A DNA stretch of 64,000 nt from Schmidtea nova (taxonomy: Eukaryota): the NCBI GenBank assembly GCA_044892505.1, contig CM097882.1, positions 172,484,001 through 172,548,000 on the forward strand, read 5' to 3'. Positions 27,501 through 41,400 of this stretch are shown one piece after another. Below the pieces are notes generated by a model that worked only from the letters and a program-made list of their open reading frames with translations, had not been told where the DNA came from and made no database searches. Within the stretch, counting starts at the first letter, position 1. Each line of letters begins with the position of its first letter. The translations under genes were made by a program, and so were the position numbers.

Positions 27501-30500
27501 AAAAAAGTCAACGTTATACGGTCATAATAAGAAAAATTTAGAAAAATACACACATAACTGTGCATCAATTACTGCTGTTTCAATCACTACACCGTATAAC
27601 GATGACTAGCATCCGCTATAATGCTAGTTGGTGTGCGTATTCATGATTACTCATGAATTTTCTTTGTTTTAAGTAAGAAATTTACTTAATTCTTTCATTT
27701 AAATATCACTTTTTTAGCATTTTGCCAACAATTTAATGGAATAATATTCACATAAAGTAAGTAACTATAGTAAAATTTATTATTTTATTACATTAATAAC
27801 ATTAATCTCCAGAGATATTTATTTTTTTGCAGCATTTTGGACTATTTTTCAAAACTCGAACAGTTTTGTGTATTTAATTAATTTTTTATTTGTTAGATTT
27901 GAAAAATAATTTTTTTTCTACATAATCTAGCAGTTTGTTTCCATTTTCTTCGGAAATCTTTGATTTGCTGCCACCGATTTTCCTTTTTGATATAAAGCCA
28001 AATTTTTTATACTTAATTACTATTGTTTTTATTGTGTTTTTAGTAATTCCTAACAGTTTACCAAATTGAAAATAATCCTCCCCATTTTCCATGGCATTCA
28101 CGATTTTGACTTTGTCAGCTTTTTTTCTAGTTTTTCTTTCCAAACCAAGCCCTGTAAAACTTGATTGCCCTTCATTAAATGATATTCTATAAAAATTTTG
28201 ATTTAATGATATATTAAAAAAATAATATTTACAAATTTAGCTGGTTGTTTTCCCGAAAGCTTAACGTGCAGCCTTCAGAAATATCAGAATTGCTATCAAA
28301 ATTTAATTATTTTTATAATAAAAAAATAATTTTTTTTCAAATTTGGCTGGTCATTTTCCCGAAAGCTTAACTTAGAGCCTTCAGAATTACCGGATTTGCT
28401 ATAAAAAATTTATTTAATTTTTAAATGAAAAAGACATCTTACAATATGCCCTCTTGAAATATATTTTTTTTCAATGATTTTGCTTTTAATTTCATTTTAA
28501 AACTCGATAAAAAAATAATTAAAATGAAGAAAATATCAACTTTTTTGTGTGCGTAAGATTTATTATGGGATGTTAGTGATTGATTAGATTTGCACCCATT
28601 AAAAGTTTGCATGCAGTTTTTACTATATAATGCCTTTTTGTGGTTTGCAAAATTTTTCTATCCTTTTTGTCTACCACATAATAAAGGATGTTAATGAATG
28701 TTAGCACACCGATAACACACAGGTGAGTGTTTTGAATTTCTATAGTGTAATTTAATTTTATATTATAGGAGATGTTGGTCATCGTTATACGGTGTAAAAG
28801 CATTTATACATAGAAAAATAACAAACATTGTAAAAATTCATGCTAGTTTTCAGATGCTGAAACCATTTTGGTCAAAAAAAGCATTTTACATAATTTTAAT
28901 TATTACAAGTATTGATCAAAACCCTTTCATTAATTCAATACTTTGAATTGTTGAGGAAATGAATAAATAATATTTTAAAATTTATATTTCAAGTTTTAAT
29001 AAATTTTATATTTTCATACAATTTTAAATGATACAATCGTTTCAGTGGTTAAAATGCACCATATAAAATTTCAATCACTATAAATATTAAAATTTAAAGA
29101 TGGCAAGGAAAAAATAATATCTTAAGTATTATATTTTGTAATTAAGTTAAAATTAATTTATATTTTCAAAGAATTTCAGAAAATACTTCACTAAAAACTA
29201 TTTCATTTTGTGAAGATGAAGAATTAATATTGAATCAGTTATTTTTAATTATAAAAATATTTACCATGTTCTAAGCCTTTCAGATATTCCAAGTACGTCC
29301 ACTGCCTACACTATGTTCAATTACAGAAAAATGTTCAAAAATCGAAAGTTGAAATACTATATATTTGACAAAACCAAAATAATAAATGTCATGAAAAATA
29401 ACCATGACTACTTTCATTTGGGAAGTTCATTTGGAATACCATGAAATCAGATAATATTATAATTCATAACTATAAAAATATGATTATCTACCAAAATGCA
29501 GAAAAGGTGGCAGCAAGCCTCGAAAATTAGTATTTTATAAATAAAGTATAGTTATAAATAATTTTAACTTTGTATGTAAATAATCCCAAAACCATCTATA
29601 AAAATCATAATTTCTGAAGTTATAAAAATAAAATTAAAATTAAATTATAGAACATAAATAATATTTTAAAGCTTTTATAGTGATTTTATATCATTATCAG
29701 ATCAAAATATAAGCCTTTCAAGTTATCTTTGTAAATTAACTTACCCGAAATCCATTTATAAAAAGGCTAATACATAAAATAAATATAAATGATAACTAAT
29801 AAACCTGCATGTGGCACACTCGCCTGTATTATAGCTTATTTTAGTGAGTGAAACACTGTAAATAAATCATTGTATCAATCCTTAAAAAGCGAAAAGATTT
29901 ACCAATCATTTTTAGATAACTCGTTAGTTAGCGTAAATTCTATGTTTCGGAAGCATCGAAAAGATTTTGCTTAGCTTATTAACTTTATGTTGAACTAAAG
30001 TGTAGCCATTGCGTTTACACAAAGCATAATTGTTATTATTTCTCTAATAGATTTTCTTCCCTCAGTCGGTTATTTAAAATTTGCAACAGTTTTCTTATGT
30101 AAACTTTTGTAAACGACACCGGTTTTAGCAGTTATTAATCTTTTAGGATAAACCTATTATTTATACATGGCTTTTCTAATATAAATCATACGTTATAGTG
30201 AAACTGTTTCACTGTTTTTTTGATTATTAGGGGAAATATCAATCTATAATGTCTAATTGAAATATGCGTCATTTGACGGATATGACGAAAACATTTAATT
30301 CTTTTCTTCACAATTTTCTCTGTCAACTACTACAGTGAACATTATTAATTTAGTTTTCACTACGAAATTAGCGGTATTTTAATTACCCATTTTGAAAAAC
30401 CAAGCAATTAATATTTCCAACGGTTTATTACTGTGAAATTAGTGGTTTTTTATTTACGCATTTTGGGAAAAAACATTTTAACAGTTTACTTATTATTGAA

Positions 30501-33500
30501 ACTTTAGAACTGTCATTAAAAACCTAACTTGGCTAGGGATTAAAATGACATATATAAATTGAATAATCAAAACTAAAAATACATAAAACAGATTTCGTAT
30601 TAAAATAAATCTGTAAATACGTCAGTGAATTAAATTTTTTTTTGAATATAAATATGTATATAAAGATTCTTATAAGATTTATAACCGCTAAATAATACAA
30701 TCAGTGCAAGTTGTCATTAGAAAACGTTAAAGCATATTTAAAATGCCTAATAACTTTCATACAATTGCAAGTAAATCAAAATTGTCAATTAAAATTTTAC
30801 CTTTGCATCTTTGATGTGTTTATGATTTTTGATTTGTTATTTCAATAAAGGTTATTTACCTAAAAATCATAAGAAGTTGCACTTCAGCCGGGTGTGTGTT
30901 CCAAAAGCTTACTTTGTTTTGTTTTATTCACGGGCGAAGAAGGGTAAAGCAGCTAGTTAAAAATAAAATATAATCGAAAAAAACCATCTTTGCTTACTTG
31001 GAACTTTTGGAATGAAAATAAAAGTTTATAAGAGGTTGCTTTATTGAATGTTGCTATTAGAGAGGTTTCTTATACAGAGCAGTTACTGAAATTTAGCAAC
31101 TTCTACACCCGTTTCCTTAGTTTTAAAGTAACTATGATACAAGTAGGCGTGTACACCTACGTGTTAATCATATTTACTTTGTTGAATTTATTTAATTTTT
31201 CATTTAGCCATTTTCTAAAAAATGGCTATCAGCTAAGTTTATTTATCAAGATTTTTAAAGGCTTCTATTTTGATCTTAAATGATATGAGATCACTATAGA
31301 AGCTTTAAAAGTTTACCTATATTTTACAATATTATTTCGATTTTATATTTATTAGCTTTTTAGAAAAATATGATTTTTATGAAGTTTTTTGGAGGTATTT
31401 TTGTTGGCAAAAATGAGAGTTGTTTGAATGAAGCGATAACACAGCACGTAGAGAACGCACAAGAAATAAATCTAAAACACTAAACAAAACATAGTAATCA
31501 CCAAACACTGAAATAATTAAATAAAACACGTTTAAAAATTAAAATGAACAAAGCGCATCAAATATACAAGTGAAAAACACACATATAACATTAAAACATC
31601 AATCATGGAACAAATTACAAATTAAGAAAAAATAACATAGAATTTGGAAGGAAAATTTTGATTTTTATCCTAAAAACTCATATAATATTAAAGAAAATTC
31701 TTTTAGATAAAAATTTATTAAATTAAACTAAATTAGAAAAAACTTTAATTCAAAAGTAAATATTTGGATTAAAAATAAATTATTTAGAGTTTTATAAAAT
31801 ATTTTTACAAAAATAATAATTTGATTTTGCGTAAAACTATAAAAAATTTAATTTTGAAAAAGTTAAAAATTCCTTCTTGAACAATTTGTTTTAATGCATC
31901 AACGAAAACAACACACAATACTTCCTATATATACCGCCATCAAAATCATATTTATCAAAATTTTTGCAACTATCAACTGGGTGACACTTAAAAGTTGAAT
32001 CCCTAACATAAAATTTTCTTCAACTACCATTCAGCAACTTCATAAAGAGAACCGTCAGACAATCAATGACCCTCACTCACGGAATCGGACTCGACTTGCC
32101 ACAAGTAATCAATAATCAACTGCCCAAGAAAAAGTCTTGAAGTCTCTAGGGATCCTATAAAAATCAGCCGATATCTATTTAATGTAAGCTTCGTGATTTT
32201 ATAGCAGGGTTGGTGATCATGCCCAACTAACAATGCCGGGTATTTTATTTTATTTGTTGTAACTCATATATGCATTATTTTATTATTATGATAAACTTGT
32301 TATCTAACATTTGCATATAATTATAGCTATTTTGAGTTATACTGTTTTTGTTTTTAATTTTTTTATGCTAGCTTTGGTTATCATTATAAAAAATATTTTT
32401 ATTTAAATTCTTTCATAAAATCATTCCACTCAAAATTACCGATCTATCGACTGTATGATTAATACATCTAAATAATTCTTTTTTTATCTCCTTACTACCT
32501 GAAGTCAGTCCGGTCCATGAGTTGTGCTGTATTATTCCTCATGTTTAATACAGTCACCTATTGTATAATACAGTATATAGGTGTACATGTATAATACAGT
32601 ACATGTATAATACAGTCACCTATTGAAAATAAAAATTTGCTAAGGCCTCGGTGGAAATTCAAAATTTGGATTTAAAATTTAATATAAATATAAATATTTT
32701 AATTATATTGTATAGCATAGTATCAGAAAAATAACATGCTACATAGATAAAAAATTACTGATAATTAATTATCCACGAATTTTCCCCCAAATCGAGTAGT
32801 GCACCTTTGTATTAAATAATTATGTATATGAATAATGCGTTTGCATGGTATGATGAAGTATGCCGATCGATGTAATTCGCACAAGTGTCTGATGAGTGCC
32901 TGATTTAAACCGTAAGATTAAAGCTTTTTATTTAATCTAGATGGAAGCAAAAATAGACGAGATACTGAGGAGGACGACTGAACACGCGCAATCAAACTGG
33001 CGCATCGGAGTCAGACTCGCTTACATGGAAGAGGAGAGGAAGGTCAATTCGGATGTTTTGAGGGAGATGACACTCCGAATGGAAAAGTTCCGGTCCCGCT
33101 GTCGTTCTATGGAAGCAACATGGACCAACAATGAAGACGAGGACAAGCTGAAGAAGCAAATTCAAGGTCTCCAGCAACAGACCGCAGAAGATGCAATGCA
33201 ATTTAGCCCATAGAAAATGTTAGTCAAGCACAAAGAAACAATAATCGCAAAGATGCAGGGGTAAAGCTGTATTATATCAGCCGTGTTTCCAAAAAATAAC
33301 TTACCCGCATTGGAGTTATTTCCTTCTCGTGCCGAAGATGAGGCACCGATCTCTCAATGTTCCATCCGAACAAAATGATTGAAGCCAAGCAAAGGCGCTC
33401 GAGCACGCCTAAAACGGAGGAAATAAGCTCGTATGCTTGGACAAATCCGAGACAATTGACCTAACAATATTGTGAAAAATTTGCAATAAATGTGAAAAAC

Positions 33501-35404
33501 CTTTGTTTGTGCTTATGTATGTACATATTCATCATGCAAACTGCTCTGTATCCTATGTATTGTCAATTATAATTTTCTTGTGTGTAAATTTATTTTCATT
33601 GTTATCAGTTATTATAATAAAGATAAGTAATACTATTATATTAATTAAGGTAAACCGATCACAGAATTCCGATAGCGACTTTCAGTATATTTAAAAAGTA
33701 AAGAGCGTGATAAATCATATTAAGGAACTCAAATGGGCAATAAAACTTCTATTGGTAACCCTTGAACCCATTGTGATGTTCGGCCAATCATAGTTTCGAT
33801 TTTTTGACGCTCACTGTTTGCGGACATACACCAATTTGTTGCATTACCAACGTTACATTGTGACGGGCAACAAGATGGTTAAGCTAATGTTTTGTGTTGA
33901 GTTGTTGATAGGAGCCACAGCAACATCAAGGTCATATTGACGGTCAACAACCCACCATTTTACATTAAATGTAAGTAAAGTTTACTTAAGAAATAAATTA
34001 GTCTCCTAATATTTCCAATATATTTGTTATACACTTATTTTTATTTAATTTTTAAATACTTTCTAGGAAATCATGATTTTTTAACTATCAATTTTAACTA
34101 AGATTTATTATAATTATTAATTTATAATTATAATTAAATAAAAATTTTCTATTTTTGAAATATTTTTTTTTGATATTCCAAGAAATAATTTAATTAGGCT
34201 TAATTTTTTTTATTTCAAGAATTGCCAAATTTTATTGTTCTACATTATCTCAGACTTCAAAATAATTTAAATTGCAGTGTATGTATGTTTAATTGTCTAT
34301 AATCTGAAAATAATAAGACGGGATTATTTTTTTGGTTACTGAAACGGAAATATTTTAGGAAATATAGGAAATTTTATAATGAAATTCATTAAAATAAAAC
34401 TTGCGATGTTATTTATCCATTTTCTCGACAACTCCCTAGGAAATATTTGAAATATTTAACCAAAAACCATATTTTAAAAATAAATAAATTTATTATAGAA
34501 CTTTTAATTGATTAAAAAACGTACTCTTAAAAGTTTGCATGCAATACATTGTGTGTTGTTTTTGTGTGTATAATTTAATTTTTCTTATAGATTGTCTACC
34601 ACATAATAAATCTTTTAAACTACGTATAATCAACAGTTAACATCAACGTAAGTTTTCATTTGCTATTGGTTATTTTTTTATATTATAGAAACTTTTAACG
34701 TAAGAAGACAGGTGTAAATTTTTATAAAATCAAAATACATACATTACCGTATTTTAAGTATTATTATTCTTAACTAAAATAATCAAATTTTAAGTAAATT
34801 GCCATTTTCAAATTTAGTTCTTCCACTCCCGTTTCAATCATATTACTCCATAAATTTAAGGTTGATGGTTAAAATATATTGGTACAAATATAAAAGTCAA
34901 AACAACATCCATTTCATTTAAGCAAAATATTTTGTAATGATTGTAATTTAATGTACTACTAATTTCCCCAAGTTACCCAATTTTGCGTTTGAATATTTCA
35001 TTATTAAAAACCCGTGACTCATGTATTATAAGCAAGGGATATCAACATATTCTTTAACATTTAAAGTTATAATTACTGATCTATAAGAAATATAATCTAA
35101 ATTGTGTCAGTACATAACATAATTTTTCACTGATTACATCTAGTATTGTTTTAAAAATGTTAATTTTTTATTAATTATACTATTATATTTAAAATTTATG
35201 TTATGTATCGGGGTTGCAACTTTCGTTGCCGATAGCTCTAAAACAAAAGTTATTACGATAATATACAACACTTATTTAAAAGATATCTTCTAAAGTGTGT
35301 ATATTATTCTCTTCAAATTCTGCTTCTAAAATGCTTTATTTCTCTTCAAATTCTCCTCTGCGTTATGTTATTAAAACAACTTCTTTTTTATATATGTCCA
35401 TATT

Positions 35405-35461
<57 letters not shown>

Positions 35462-38400
35462 ACGGAGGCACTACATTATGGATAAATAATAATAATTTAA
35501 TAATAAAATTTACAACATTAAATTATATTTAAAATTTAATTAATTAAAAATTAAGTAAAAAAATTAAGTAATACAAAATTACTTAAAAATACAGAAGTTA
35601 CGGACGATTGTACAACAGTAATTATATAATTTTAATAAATAGTCCAGAAATATTTGTATACAAAATGTAATGTATTTATCAAACGTAAAATATTTTGGTT
35701 TTTGATTGTGATATTCTGAATGCCATACAGTAGAATAAGCATCAGTGGATGATCTGCGATTATCTGAAAGTCGCTTCTATCCTAACTGGACTACAAGCAG
35801 GATACACCAAGTTCTATTGTTTTCTATGCTTTTTTTACATAGCCACTATAAAGACAATGTATTGCATAAGCGTGATTACTTTACTGTTGGACTAAAAATT
35901 GTTGCCAATTTTCAACTTGTTTCACCAAGTAAGACTATATCGGCTCTTAATATAAAAATTATGCCTCGCTAAAATATTTTGTGAAAGTGCTTGATAAAAA
36001 GATTGTGATGCAATGAAATTTTTGAAGACAAAATTAACAGAAGGTAATTTCATCGAACCACAGTTGAGGCAGCTACTACCGGATCAGCATTTTTATAACT
36101 CTCTGACATGACTGTCTTTTCGAAATGTTTGTAATAGTTTTCTTGGACCACATTAAAACTTTTTATTTTCTCCAGGATAACTAAATAATTCACACAAGTG
36201 CATTCATAACAATTTAAAATAACAAGTCTGACTTTCTGAATTTCTCTCATCCAGACTTTAGTAAGAAGGGGCCTCAAATAATATTCACAAGTATTTGATA
36301 AATATTTCCCAACAAGGAACATCTGAAAGATCATATGCAAGAATATATCCAGTTTCTACAAAAATATATTTTTGCTGAGATAATAATGCTGTTTAATTTT
36401 TAATTACTGGGTTTCTATCAGTATATTTAATTTATTTTTATTTCCAGGGTATTTACCAGCTACTTCTCCTAGTTTATTTGACTATACTTTCGATGAAAAT
36501 AATTACAAATGGTATCACTGGGGTTATCTCGTTCCAGACTTCATTTATAATCCGTCTCTAAGATTTACTGAAATTCTTGTTCCAACGGAAGAAACTATCA
36601 AAACAATGTGGATAATTAGAAAACATCTAGATTTGCGAATTCCTATTGTTTTAATTGGTGACACAGGTACTTCAAAAACGGCATCTGTTCAAACATTAAT
36701 GCGATCACTTGATAAAAGTAAATATAGTATGATGACGATTAACTTTTCATCGTGCACAACATCAATGGATGTTCAAAGAAATCTTGAAGCTAATATTGAA
36801 AAAAGAGCAAAAGGAATTTATGGACCAACACCTGGAAAATTATTAGTTACCTTTATCGATGATATGAACATGCCATTGGTAAGTATAATACAAATTTAAA
36901 ATTATTAGAATTTATTTTCTTTCCAATATAGTTTATACAATAGCTTTCTAGTATTTGATTATTTTATTTATATTTGTAGTCTGAAACTTTGGATCATTTT
37001 ATATCCAAAATTAATACTTAAACCAACATAATAACTCATATTATTTATTTTGATAAAATATGATTTAATTTAATTCAAAATTTTAATATTTTGTGATATT
37101 TAAGTAAATTTAAAGGACTTAAATAATCCATGTAATTCCATGTAATCTCATTTTTCCAGCAAGTGCTATAATGATATTAATAATTATAATAATACAAATT
37201 TTCAAATACAAAAAGATAATGGATAAGATGAAATAAATTAGAGGGCTAAAATAAATAACTTTCATTTTCCTAGTGTTTCAGATTATTTTATTCATATCCC
37301 TTGTAATTTACGCAGTCCTGCCATTATTTGTGCTAATGTATTTAGATGTTTGATATCAATTTATGCCTTTTGCAAATTTATTGGTTCTATTTTTTATTTA
37401 AATTTTAAAAATAAAAAAGTAATAATTTAAGTTTTGATACAATTTGAATGGCTAGGATAATATTTAACAATTTTTTATTTCAATAATGTTTTATAATGTG
37501 ATTTTCGATAGGATTGCTAATGGTAAACTAGTTTGAACCTTATTTGGTTTTAATCAGTACCATCTATGAAATTCGATCCCATCCGGAATTAAATTCATTG
37601 ACTTTATAGAATATACTTTTTAATAGATTTTATTATCTGACCACTTTGGCACCAAGTCACATCGAATATCATAATTTTTTAAACAAAATTTTTAAAATAT
37701 AGTATTTAACAAATATTTGATGTAGATTGATAAATATGGCACCCAACAACCAATTGCCATGATGAAACTTTTAATTGAAAAGAAAGGAATGTACGATAGA
37801 GGCAAAGAATTAACATGGAAAAAACTGAAAGATTTATCATATGTAGCTGGAATGGGATTACCAGGAGGAGGTAGAAATACAGTGGACCCCAGATTTCTTT
37901 CATCATTTTCAGTAATATATTGTCTTAATCCACCAAATATGTCATTATTAAAAATATTTGGATCAATTTTAAATGGTCATACATTCATATTTGATGAATC
38001 TATTAAAAAGATTGTCGATAAAATTACAAATATTACTCTAAAAGCTTATGAGTGAGTTAAATATTGAAAAGATTAATAATATAATTTTATTTTTAAAACT
38101 TCTTATGAACTATAAATACACACATTTTAATTTTAAAAACATTCATAAATTTTGAATTTGGTTGTTTTATCAAATCAATTTGTAATTTTTCGTTGTTGTG
38201 CAAATTTTAAATTACATTGTTCTTAAAATGCAATATGGTATTCAAAGACGCCAAATTAATAATTTATTATAATATAGTAGCTATGTCGAATTTAAATATA
38301 TTTTTTGATATTGGAAATTTTTTAAAGAAAAAGATTGACAATGAAGTGAAACATTTACATTCCAAGCCGAGATTGTTCAGATATTAATAATTTTTTAATG

Positions 38401-41400
38401 ATATATTATAAATTTAAGCGATTCATTAGAAAAGATTCAACACGAAAATTTAACCGATTTGTCAGTTTTGTACTCTGTGAAAGTTGATTAAAATTATTCC
38501 GGAAATACTAACAATAAGGATACGGATATTCGCATGAAAAAGTTGGATTTGATTAGCAATATGGGAATGACAGTAAGATCAGAAACGAAAGCACATTTGG
38601 AATCTGGCTGGTACTGATATATCAATGACATGTAAATTTGGTGTAGGTTTCTACTCGTCTTATCTAGTGGATAATAAGTCTAATTCACATTAAAATACAA
38701 TGATGATGATAAATATCTATGCAAATCATCAGCTGCCGGCTCGTTTACACTCAAGTATGAAAATTCTGAACCAGTGGGTAGAGGCATAAAGATCATTTTG
38801 TTCATAAATGGAGATTAAAACTGATAATGACAGAAATAAAATTCTAGTAGTGATGAATTGTAAAATTAATTTAGAAAAATGACTTAGTTTTATTAAATTT
38901 TTATCTTATTGTGTTTTATGAAATCAATATGGAAAAGAATACTTAAAGGAAATTGTGTTGAGATTGAAAATTAATTTTTTATGTCTTCTGTTATTAATTT
39001 TATGGCAATAAGTTATTCAAGAATTGAAGTGTATATATTTATCGGCTTGAAAGAATCAAAATTAAAATTTAGTTTAATCTTGTCAATTTAAAGAATTCTA
39101 AATTAAAAGTAATATAAGATTTACATTTACCTTAACTCCCATAAATGGGATACAACTATATTACAACCGATAATATATGTAACATCATTGGAACCTTGTC
39201 CAAATCCTAAAAGTATAAAAGTAAGAAACTGTATTAGTCAGATGCCAGAAAATTATTAATATTGTAAACTAAAAATCTTCCGTACTCCAAACTGAGAACA
39301 TTTAAATGTTTGCAAATATTTGAAAAATTTTATGCTTATAATATAACTAAAAATATTTATAATATCAAAAGCTGTAATCTAAGACTAGTGATTTCATACC
39401 AGGATCCCGGGCGATTTTTTAATATCGTAATACCGGTATTAACATCATCTCAATACCGAGAAGTTAGTGAAACATTTTACTTTTTACTGCTATTTCGATA
39501 AAATAATAGGATAATTTTATGTTGACTTGAAGTTGTAATGAAATAAATATTTTAAAATAGCATATAACATCTGTAGCTTACTTCACAAGTGTTATTGTTT
39601 TTGGATTTTTTAATGCGTGAAAATTATAATATGAAATAAATTTAATTAAGGCGAAACTAGTGAAACGTAGAAATTATTTTATTCTATTGCATTCGGTAAA
39701 GTTATTAGTGTTAGGTATTTTCATTAAAATCTTTCTTAAAATATTTATCATTAATATTTTTTATGATGAAATCTTTCAGCAATTTTCATTAGAACTGATT
39801 TTTTGCAAATCATTACACCATAATTATTATGATATGTATTTGATTTGCTGAAGATAAATATATTTAAATTTTTATTCTTAGAATTTCACAGTAATTATAC
39901 AATTTTCATTTTATATCCCCCATAGGAAATATGAAAGAAAGGTCAGTTTATGAAGTGCAGTTCAGTGTGGCTACAATTTTTGAGAGAAAAAATGGAAAGT
40001 CAGCAAAATGTAAGATTGAGAGATGTGGTACTCTTATCAAAACTTTAGGAGGATCGACAAGTGGTTTACATAAACATTTGAAAACAAAATAATAAAATCA
40101 ACACAAAGAAAACACCTAGCTCTGACGAAAATGTTGAACAACCGCCAAAAGTAATTAAAAAAAACAAAGATCACGGACTATATGATTGACAAAAAAACGA
40201 TGGAAGAAGTGTTTGCAAAATTAGCTGCAACAGATGGACTTTCATTTAAAGTTATTGCCACATCTGAGGAAATTTGAAACGGATTTATGGCAAGAGGATT
40301 TAAAAACATTCCGAAACATCCAGCAACTATTAAAAATATGATCATAGACTATTCTAATTCGATTCAGGAAAAAATATCAATGAAAATACTTGAGTTGAAG
40401 TCAAATGAGAAGAAGTTTAGCATCTTCTTCGATGAGTACACTTCTATAAAGAACATAAGATATCTCAACATTATTTTTTTCGAAAGCCAAAAGTTTTGGA
40501 ATATTGGTCTAGTTCGAATAAAAAGAAATTTGCCGGCAGATAAATCTTTGGATCTTGTTACCACACGTCTTGCAGATTTTGGATTAAGTTTAGATCATGA
40601 TATAGTGTTAATCACTACTTATGGAGCTGCTGTAATGAAGAGACTTGGTACCTTAGTACCGTGGTTTCAAAACTTGTGCCTAGCCCACGGTATACAATTA
40701 GCTGTTATTGACGTAATGTATAAGAAAAGAGCTTATGATAGCTGCGATTCTACAGATTATGAAGCATAAGTTTCTGATAGCGAGGATGAAGAAAATAACG
40801 ACAATGATGAGGACGATTCATATAGTATTGATAAAGAGCAAGAATTCCTACCAGAACTAACAGATATGAACAATTTCAACGGAACAATATAAAAAGTAAG
40901 ACGAATATTTAAGATATTTAGGCGATCTCCAACAAAAAATGATATTTTACAATAATATTGCGTCAAAGAACATGGTAGAGAGTTGCAGCTTCTTCTGGAT
41001 TCCAAGACTCGCTGGAACTCGATTATTATAATGCTTGAACGATTTTAATTGCTAAAAGATTTCTTTAAGAAATCGTTTATTGACCTTAATAGCGACAGAG
41101 TTAAGTGAATTAGATATTGAAATAATATCAACTGCAATAACAGCTTTATCACCAGTTAATTCCGCAGTGAATGCTTTATGCAAAAGTGAAGCAAATCTTT
41201 TAACTGCAGATGCGACATTGTCATTTACCATCAATAGCTTGCATAATGATAATGCGTAATCCATGGCTTTAAAGGAAAGTCTCACATATCGTATTTTAGA
41301 ATGTCGGACAGTTTTATCTAGTGTGTTGGATTATTTACATTTTGGAAGGAAAATCTCAAAAAATGTGATTTTTCCTAAAGCTTCTCAACAAACGATATTA

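Noticed and set aside
35745-36340. ORFs 35745-35972 (+) and 36050-36340 (-)
   Set aside because: No convincing motif; probably decayed TE sequence that I could not classify.
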